DNA of 13,457 nucleotides from a virus (lineage: Duplodnaviria > Heunggongvirae > Uroviricota > Caudoviricetes): the IMG/VR virus record IMGVR_UViG_2541047433_000025; one strand, given 5' to 3'. Position 1 is the stretch's first letter, and the number at the start of each line of letters is the position of its first letter. Below, piece after piece: positions 8,498-13,457 of this stretch. Under the pieces are notes generated by a model. It had not been told where the DNA came from. It made no database searches and saw nothing but the letters and a program-made list of their open reading frames with translations. The position numbers and the translations under genes were made by a program.

Positions 8498-8916
8498 AAA
8501 TCAAGCATGAGCACATCGAATCAGTGTTGTTAGCCCTGGCAGCCGAAAAAGGGCAGGCGTGGGTCGCTAACGCAATTACTGAAGAATATCTGCGCCAGGG
8601 GGGCGGCGAATTGCCCCTGGTACCAGGCAAGGACTGGAACAATCAGCAGAATATCTATCATCGTTGGTTGAAAGGTGAAACGAATGCGCAAAGGGAAAAA
8701 ATTCAGAAACTGATCCCTGCGGTTCTGGCAATTCTTCCTCGCGAGCTGCGTCACCGACTCTGCATCTTCGATACCCTGGAACGCCGTGCATTACTGGCGG
8801 CACAGGATGCACTGAGTACGGCAATTGATGCGCATGATGATGCAGTCCAGGCCGTTTACCGTAAAGCACATTTCAGCGGCGGCGGTTCTCCTAGCGATTC
8901 TGTCGTAGTGCATTGA
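8494..8916 (+). CDS. ydaT: YdaT-like protein, 140 aa
   Basis: Track ORF, GGGAG SD, translationally coupled to ydaS. Length and position match Rac ydaT. Confidence 0.8.
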   Translation: MKIKHEHIESVLLALAAEKGQAWVANAITEEYLRQGGGELPLVPGKDWNNQQNIYHRWLKGETNAQREKIQKLIPAVLAILPRELRHRLCIFDTLERRALLAAQDALSTAIDAHDDAVQAVYRKAHFSGGGSPSDSVVVH

Positions 8917-8929
8917 TTGAAATTAATCG

Positions 8930-8951
8930 TACCGAACTGTTTTGTTCGGTA
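8930..8951. repeat. Inverted repeat TACCGAAC-N6-GTTCGGTA between ydaT and ydaU
   Basis: Perfect 8-bp arms with a 6-nt loop. No T-run follows, so it is not a convincing intrinsic terminator; may be a protein-binding site or RNA stem. Confidence 0.4.
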
Positions 8952-8961
8952 TCAGTTAAAT

Positions 8962-8980
8962 GTAACGCTGCGAGCGTTAC
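8962..8980. repeat. 19-bp palindrome GTAACGCTGCGAGCGTTAC, copy 1 of 3, just upstream of the ydaU start
   Basis: Perfect 8-bp inverted arms around 3 nt, read directly from the sequence. Confidence 0.7.
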
Positions 8981-8993
8981 AAGGTGAAAACAA

Positions 8994-9782
8994 ATGGCTT
9001 CAAACTGGATAAAGCTCGAAGTTATTACGCCGGATAAGCCGGAAATATTCAGGCTTGCTGAGATTCTGAATATTGATCCAGATGCCGCATTAGGGAAAGT
9101 CATTCGCTTCTGGGCATGGGCGGATCAACAAATGATAGACGGTAACGCAGAGTGTAACGCTCGCGGCGTTACAAAAAGTGCAATAGATCGCATCACTTTT
9201 ATGGCTGGTTTTGCTGATGCGTTAATTCAGGTTGGATGGCTGGTCGAAACTAATGGTGTGTTGTCGCTTCCTAACTTTGAGCGCCATAACGGGAAAAGCT
9301 CTAAAAAACGGGCGGTTACAAACGAGAGAGTAACAAAAATACGAGAACTGAAACGAAAAGGTAACGCTGCCAGCGTTACAAAAACGGATCAAAAAGCGTT
9401 ACCAGAGGAAGAGAAAGAGGAAGATATAAATACTTATCTCCCCCTAAATCCCCCTCGCCAAAAACGAGCGTCTAAAAAATTCGAACCGGAGGCTATCGAG
9501 CTGCCTGACTGGTTGCCGGAAACACTCTGGCATGAGTGGGTTCAGTTCAGGCAGGCATTGCGAAAACCGATTCGAACGGAGCAGGGCGCTAACGGGGCGA
9601 TACGGGAGCTGGAAAAATTCCGCCAGCAGGGTTTTTCACCTGAGCAGGTGATTCGACACAGCATCGCCAATGAATACCAGGGCTTGTTCGCGCCGAAAGG
9701 TGTTCGGCCAGAGACGTTGCTCCGACAGATTAACACCGTCTCGTTTCCGGACAGTGCGATCCCGCCAGGCTTCAGGGGGTAA
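8994..9782 (+). CDS. ydaU: Phage replication initiation protein, lambda O-like role (YdaU-like), 262 aa
   Basis: Track ORF directly upstream of the DnaC-like gene. Contains internal palindromic repeats (see repeat features). An in-frame stop 3 codons upstream fixes the start at 8994. Confidence 0.75.
   Translation: MASNWIKLEVITPDKPEIFRLAEILNIDPDAALGKVIRFWAWADQQMIDGNAECNARGVTKSAIDRITFMAGFADALIQVGWLVETNGVLSLPNFERHNGKSSKKRAVTNERVTKIRELKRKGNAASVTKTDQKALPEEEKEEDINTYLPLNPPRQKRASKKFEPEAIELPDWLPETLWHEWVQFRQALRKPIRTEQGANGAIRELEKFRQQGFSPEQVIRHSIANEYQGLFAPKGVRPETLLRQINTVSFPDSAIPPGFRG
9154..9172. repeat. 19-bp palindrome GTAACGCTCGCGGCGTTAC, copy 2 of 3, inside ydaU
   Basis: 7-bp inverted arms GTAACGC/GCGTTAC around 5 nt; an extra half-site GTAACGC at 9142-9148. 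Confidence 0.7.
9361..9379. repeat. 19-bp palindrome GTAACGCTGCCAGCGTTAC, copy 3 of 3, inside ydaU
   Basis: 9-bp inverted arms around 1 nt; GTTAC half-sites also at 9315-9319 and 9330-9334. Confidence 0.7.
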
Positions 9783-9788
9783 CAGACC

Positions 9789-10535
9789 ATGAAAAATATT
9801 GCGACAGGCGGCGTTCTGGAACGTATCCGCAGACTGGCCCCGCCACATGTAACCGCGCCATTCAGGACGGTGGCGGAGTGGCGCGAGTGGCAACTTGCAG
9901 AAGGCCAGAAACGTTGTGAGGAGATCAACCGTCAGAATCGTCAGTTGCGGGTGGAAAAAATCCTGAATCGCTCCGGCATACAGCCGTTGCACCGCAAATG
10001 CTCGTTTGCGAATTACCAGGTGCAGAACGACGGCCAGCGATACGCGTTGAGTCAGGCGAAATCTATCGCTGACGAACTGGTTACCGGATGCACAAATTTC
10101 GCGTTCAGCGGAAAACCTGGTACCGGAAAAAACCATCTGGCGGCGGCTATCGGGAATCGCCTGCTGAAAGATGGCCAGACAGTGATTGTGGTTACCGTGG
10201 CTGATGTTATGAGCGCCCTGCACGCCAGCTATGACGACGGGCAGTCAGGCGAAAAATTTTTGCGGGAACTGTGCGAAGTTGATCTGCTGGTTCTTGATGA
10301 AATTGGTATTCAGCGCGAGACGAAAAACGAGCAGGTGGTACTGCACCAGATTGTTGATCGCCGGACAGCGTCAATGCGCAGCGTGGGGATGCTGACAAAC
10401 CTGAACTATGAGGCCATGAAAACATTGCTCGGCGAGCGGATTATGGATCGCATGACCATGAACGGCGGGCGCTGGGTGAATTTTAACTGGGAGAGCTGGC
10501 GCCCGAATGTTGGTCAGCCAGGTATTGAGAAGTAA
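9789..10535 (+). CDS. ydaV: DnaC-like AAA+ helicase loader (lambda P-like role), 248 aa
   Basis: Walker A motif [15 protein letters not shown] and Walker B-like [16 protein letters not shown]. Follows the initiator gene. Confidence 0.88.
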   Translation: MKNIATGGVLERIRRLAPPHVTAPFRTVAEWREWQLAEGQKRCEEINRQNRQLRVEKILNRSGIQPLHRKCSFANYQVQNDGQRYALSQAKSIADELVTGCTNFAFSGKPGTGKNHLAAAIGNRLLKDGQTVIVVTVADVMSALHASYDDGQSGEKFLRELCEVDLLVLDEIGIQRETKNEQVVLHQIVDRRTASMRSVGMLTNLNYEAMKTLLGERIMDRMTMNGGRWVNFNWESWRPNVGQPGIEK

Positions 10536-10557
10536 TTTTTACCGGGAGGAAATTTTA

Positions 10558-11316
10558 ATGGAGACCGTTTTTGACGCACTGAAAGCGATGGGAAAAGCCA
10601 CGTCGGTAGAACTGGCTACGCGACTTGATATCAGTCGAGAAGAAGTGCTGAACGAGCTGTGGGAACTGAAAAAGGCTGGCTTCGTTGATAAAAGCGTATA
10701 CACCTGGCGCGTGGCTGATAACAACGTTCAGCAGGAACAGCCAGCGCCAGAGCTGCCGGAAGAAACCACCATGGCAACAGTAGCGAAAATCTCAGAGTGC
10801 GATTTAACCGCGACGATTGAACAACGTGGCCCACAAACGGCGGATGAGTTGGCTACATTGTTCGGTACCACATCACGCAAAGTAGCTTCAACGCTGGCAA
10901 TGGCTATCAGCAAAGGACGCCTGATTCGCGTAAACCAGAACGGTAAATTTCGTTACTGCATACCGGGCGATAATTTACCAGCAGAGCCGAAAGCAGCATC
11001 GGTAGCGGAAACTGATGGTAAGGCCTTTCCTCAGCCCACAGGTGTTGCGTTACCAGTACAGGAGGCTGCAACACAGGAAGATATTAAAACAGAAACGGTG
11101 GCGGACATTGTGCAGTCGCTGCCATCGTTTACTGAAACGCGAGCGGATGACCTGGTTTTACCATCGCTGCATATGGCAAACCGCGAACTGCGTCGGGCGA
11201 AAAATCATGTCCAGAAGTGGGAGCGAGTCTGCGCCGCGCTGCGGGAGCTGAACAAGCACCGGGATATTGTTCGACAGATTTTCGATTCCTCCAGTCGTAT
11301 TGTGTCGGAAAAGTGA
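10558..11316 (+). CDS. ydaW: YdaW-like phage protein of unknown function, 252 aa from ATG at 10558
   Basis: Track ORF (269 aa from an upstream start); ATG at 10558 is preceded by GGGAGG. Lies immediately after ydaV as in Rac. Appears full length here. Confidence 0.6.
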   Translation: METVFDALKAMGKATSVELATRLDISREEVLNELWELKKAGFVDKSVYTWRVADNNVQQEQPAPELPEETTMATVAKISECDLTATIEQRGPQTADELATLFGTTSRKVASTLAMAISKGRLIRVNQNGKFRYCIPGDNLPAEPKAASVAETDGKAFPQPTGVALPVQEAATQEDIKTETVADIVQSLPSFTETRADDLVLPSLHMANRELRRAKNHVQKWERVCAALRELNKHRDIVRQIFDSSSRIVSEK

Positions 11317-11331
11317 TTGCCGGAGGCACCT

Positions 11332-11754
11332 ATGGCAAAAGTATTTACACCAGAAGAGCGGGAAAAAATTAAAGGGCAGGTTGTTGAACTTGTACGTCTG
11401 AGCGGTCGCGAGACGTTACGGGCTCTGGAGGCTAAAACCGGTGCATCAAGGTATTACATAAGCACTCTCGCCAGAGAACTGGTCGCCAGTGGTGATGTTT
11501 ACAATTCAGGCTACGGATTATTCCCGTCTGAGCAGGCGCGTAAAGACTGGCAAAACGCCCGCAAAAAACTATCAAGGGCAAAGGTGAAGAAACCGGTTGT
11601 GGTTGATCCGGATCTTATCTGGTCATTACCAGACGGAGAAATACGCCGCTACGACAGGCGTCTGAACATAATCTGTAGCGAGTGCCGGAAGAGCGAAGCT
11701 ATGCAGCGTGTACTGGCTTTCTATCAGGGTAATTTTCAGAAGGTGCTGTTGTGA
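11332..11754 (+). CDS. Hypothetical phage protein, 141 aa, possible HTH-like segment
   Basis: ATG at 11332 preceded by GGAGG at 5 nt spacing (track ORF starts at an upstream TTG, 11317). Segment GRETLRALEAKTGASRYYISTLARELV resembles a DNA-binding helix pair; C-terminal CSEC pair. No family recognised. Confidence 0.6.
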   Translation: MAKVFTPEEREKIKGQVVELVRLSGRETLRALEAKTGASRYYISTLARELVASGDVYNSGYGLFPSEQARKDWQNARKKLSRAKVKKPVVVDPDLIWSLPDGEIRRYDRRLNIICSECRKSEAMQRVLAFYQGNFQKVLL

Positions 11755-11859
11755 GCCAAATTAACAATCGGAACTTCGTGAAGAGAAAGCATAATCCAAA
11801 TCTGAATAATTAAGTTCAGCACTGTAAATAAAATTTAATCCTTAACTGGAGGTATATTT

Positions 11860-12072
11860 ATGTTAAATACACAGAAAGCCATTAATGCGGAAAAATATAA
11901 CGAGTGGGCAAGAAAATTCTCTGAGCAGATTTTTAAAATTACTGGCGATGAGAATGCGGCAAAAAATGAATTAGAACCGTGGACGCCTGAAGGAGCCGAC
12001 CCAAATTATTGCTGGAGGGAGGTTGATCCAGTTGATGCTGCAAATGAAGCTATGAGTTATCACAACGATTAA
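11860..12072 (+). CDS. Hypothetical small protein, 70 aa, in an AT-rich island
   Basis: Track ORF with SD TGGAGGT about 8 nt upstream, own AT-rich upstream region, and a GC-rich GAAA-loop hairpin 10 nt after the stop. Family unknown. Confidence 0.6.
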   Translation: MLNTQKAINAEKYNEWARKFSEQIFKITGDENAAKNELEPWTPEGADPNYCWREVDPVDAANEAMSYHND

Positions 12073-12081
12073 TGTCAGGAG

Positions 12082-12099
12082 GCCGCCCGAAAGGGCGGT
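12082..12099 (+). terminator. GC-rich hairpin GCCGCCC-GAAA-GGGCGGT 10 nt after the stop of the 70-aa gene
   Basis: 6-7 bp GC stem with a GAAA tetraloop. The downstream sequence is AT-rich but has no clean T-run, so this is a possible terminator or mRNA-stabilising stem. Confidence 0.35.
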
Positions 12100-12323
12100 A
12101 ATGAATGGTCACATTATTTAGAAAAAATATCCGCGAAAGAGTAGAACAACAGAATTTCTGTTTCTCATTCTGTTTATCGTGTTGATGATACCGATATCCC
12201 CGTTAATCCTAGTCTGGATAATCGGAAAAATAATTGAGCCAGTTATTGAATTGTATAACGACGTGGTATGGGCGTCATTCAACACACTGCACAATAAAAT
12301 TAATCCGTATAAGGAAAACTGAT

Positions 12324-12587
12324 ATGGCAACTTTGACAAAAAAAGAACGGGCATGGTTGAACGAATTACAGGAAGTTCTTGATCGCTGTCCATCACCGAA
12401 AAAAATTGGCTTTTACACCATTGGCGATAAAAGCATTTACCTGTATGACCTACGCCGCATGGATGAAATCATGGAGGCTCTTGATAATCGTTCGTCGATG
12501 GATTGGTGTGTTGCTGTTCATGATATGAATGCAGGGTTTGATGAAAAGATTTTGTTCCCCTCATCAGTTGAAAGCACTGCGGGTTAA
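12324..12587 (+). CDS. Hypothetical small protein, 87 aa
   Basis: ATG at 12324 preceded by AAGGAAA (track ORF starts upstream at 12234). Stop is 10 nt before the next gene start. Family unknown. Confidence 0.55.
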   Translation: MATLTKKERAWLNELQEVLDRCPSPKKIGFYTIGDKSIYLYDLRRMDEIMEALDNRSSMDWCVAVHDMNAGFDEKILFPSSVESTAG

Positions 12588-12597
12588 GGAGTAACAC

Positions 12598-12759
12598 ATG
12601 ACCACTATTACCAAAGAACGTATTGAATTGTTCATTAAAAATCCGGTTGAAAACGGGCTTACCCGTGGTGAACAAATGGAACTGGCACGGATTGCGCTGG
12701 CATCGCTGGAAGCAGAGCCAGTTGGTGATTTTTATGAATACAAACCGGATGACTGGTAG
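12598..12759 (+). CDS. Hypothetical small protein, 53 aa (not in track)
   Basis: Manual translation: MTTITKERIELFIKNPVENGLTRGEQMELARIALASLEAEPVGDFYEYKPDDW. AAGGAG SD 7 nt upstream of the ATG. Family unknown. Confidence 0.55.
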   Translation: MTTITKERIELFIKNPVENGLTRGEQMELARIALASLEAEPVGDFYEYKPDDW

Positions 12760-12837
12760 CAGCGTTCGGCTGGAGATAAAGCGCCAAAATGGACGCCACC
12801 CTATGCCGTTTTTCCAGCGCCCGTAGTGCCGGAAGAA

Positions 12838-13083
12838 ATGGATTTGCTTACATGCCATCTCGATGGTGTAACTGAAACATATGCTGAGGGATGGAACGCT
12901 TGCCGCGCTGCCCTGCTTCAGGGCAAAGGGGAGCCCGGGAAACAAGTTCGCGAATTGACAATGCTGGTTAAACAATTGGTTAGTCAACTGAAGAAAGCGA
13001 AACCGGGCTGCAAATTGCCGGATAAAGTGATGGACTACCTGGAGCGAAGCGGACTTATAAGCGTGGAGGATGTTTCACGATGA
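12838..13083 (+). CDS. Hypothetical small protein, 81 aa from ATG at 12838 (85 aa if the GTG at 12826 is used)
   Basis: Track ORF 12826-13083. Start is ambiguous and the SD is weak (GGAAG). Stop overlaps the start of a downstream 27-codon ORF (ATGA). Confidence 0.5.
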   Translation: MDLLTCHLDGVTETYAEGWNACRAALLQGKGEPGKQVRELTMLVKQLVSQLKKAKPGCKLPDKVMDYLERSGLISVEDVSR

Positions 13084-13163
13084 CCTGGCCTGAAGCATTC
13101 ACAACGGTAGGAATTGCGATGGCGGTGGCGCTGGTTGTGTATTCGATTTGCCGCTGGGGATAA
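13080..13163 (+). CDS. Candidate 27-aa hydrophobic micro-protein (MTWPEAFTTVGIAMAVALVVYSICRWG)
   Basis: Manual translation. ATG overlaps the upstream stop (ATGA); GGAGGA lies about 10 nt upstream. Central stretch GIAMAVALVVYSI could form one transmembrane helix. Short ORFs can arise by chance, so confidence is low. Confidence 0.3.
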   Translation: MTWPEAFTTVGIAMAVALVVYSICRWG

Positions 13164-13316
13164 AAACGGTTTGCGGGAAAAGGATAGTTAAGTAGAATTG
13201 CTGCGGGTGCTTGAGGCTATCTGCCTCGGGCATGAACACCAACGGCAGATAGAGAAAAGCCCCAGTTAACATTACGCGTCCTGCAAGACGCTTAACATTA
13301 ATCTGAGGCTCAATCC

Positions 13317-13373
13317 ATGCTGAACACATGTAGGTTAGCCTCTTACGTGCCGAAAGGCAAGGAGAAGCAGGCT
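13317..13373 (+). other. Mok-like in-frame upstream start and leader of the hok gene (19-codon N-terminal extension MLNTCRLASYVPKGKEKQA)
   Basis: ATG at 13317 is in frame with the hok ATG at 13374. The MLNTCR... extension resembles the Mok reading frames of chromosomal hok loci as I recall them. Confidence 0.5.
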
Positions 13374-13457
13374 ATGAAGCAGCAAAAGGCGATGTTAATC
13401 GCCCTGATCGTCATCTGTTTAACCGTCATAGTGACGGCACTGGTAACGAGGAAAGAC
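13374..13457 (+). CDS. hok: Hok/Gef-family type I toxin, 5' part only (first 28 codons; truncated by the window end)
   Basis: Manual translation MKQQKAMLIALIVICLTVIVTALVTRKD matches the conserved Hok/Gef N-terminal transmembrane region (closest to HokD/RelF as recalled). AAGGAG SD upstream. Confidence 0.8.
   Translation, partial: MKQQKAMLIALIVICLTVIVTALVTRKD

Noticed and set aside
8225-9103. Minus-strand ORFs (60-97 aa) antisense to ydaS, ydaT and the start of ydaU
   Set aside because: Antisense to a co-oriented, translationally coupled operon; no start signals.
9542-10425. Minus-strand ORFs of 128, 195 and 72 aa antisense to ydaU and ydaV
   Set aside because: Long antisense frames are common in GC-rich coding sequence; the sense genes have clear motifs (Walker A/B) and SDs.
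10539-11329. Several 61-78 aa ORFs on both strands overlapping the ydaW-like gene
   Set aside because: Overlap a longer ORF that has a strong SD; no independent support.
12118-12396. Minus-strand 92-aa ORF
   Set aside because: Hydrophobic low-complexity product from a GTG start, and it overlaps the start of the plus-strand 87-aa gene that has a good SD. Left unresolved as part of the AT-rich island finding.
12623-12826. Plus-strand 67-aa ORF
   Set aside because: Out-of-frame overlap with the 53-aa gene that has a strong SD; no SD of its own.
12469-12987. Minus-strand 172-aa ORF
   Set aside because: Antisense to three co-oriented plus-strand genes with SDs; composition (Phe/Trp/Cys/Gln-rich) looks non-protein-like.
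13099-13329. Minus-strand 76-aa ORF
   Set aside because: Antisense to the hok leader and Pro-rich; any antisense function here is more likely a non-coding Sok-like RNA than a protein.
1-13457. CRISPR arrays, tRNA or rRNA genes, insertion-sequence ends
   Set aside because: No direct-repeat/spacer arrays, no cloverleaf-like conserved tRNA features and no transposase ORFs or terminal inverted repeats were seen by eye.

Overview
This window is the early (left) arm, immunity region, replication module and start of a nin-like region of a Rac-type lambdoid prophage of E. coli. All calls come from reading the sequence and the ORF track, plus recall of the E. coli K-12 Rac gene order; no searches were run. 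Leftward (minus strand) genes: integrase, an excisionase-like gene, ydaC-like, a Lar-type zinc-ribbon gene, recT, recE, racC, ydaE, kilR. Then sieB (plus), ydaF/ydaG (minus), the repressor racR (minus), and rightward ydaS-ydaT-ydaU-ydaV plus an apparently intact ydaW-like gene. Past that the window holds small genes I cannot name (141, 70, 87, 53, 81 and 27 aa) and ends inside a Hok/Gef-family type I toxin gene with an in-frame Mok-like upstream start. Main candidates for follow-up: the hok/mok locus and the unnamed small-gene cluster beside it; three 19-bp GTAACGC-N5-GCGTTAC palindromes in and just upstream of ydaU (candidate origin iterons); an ATGTACT motif on both sides of racR; and an AT-rich moron-like island. 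No CRISPR, tRNA or rRNA was seen. Gene symbols are by family resemblance and synteny only.
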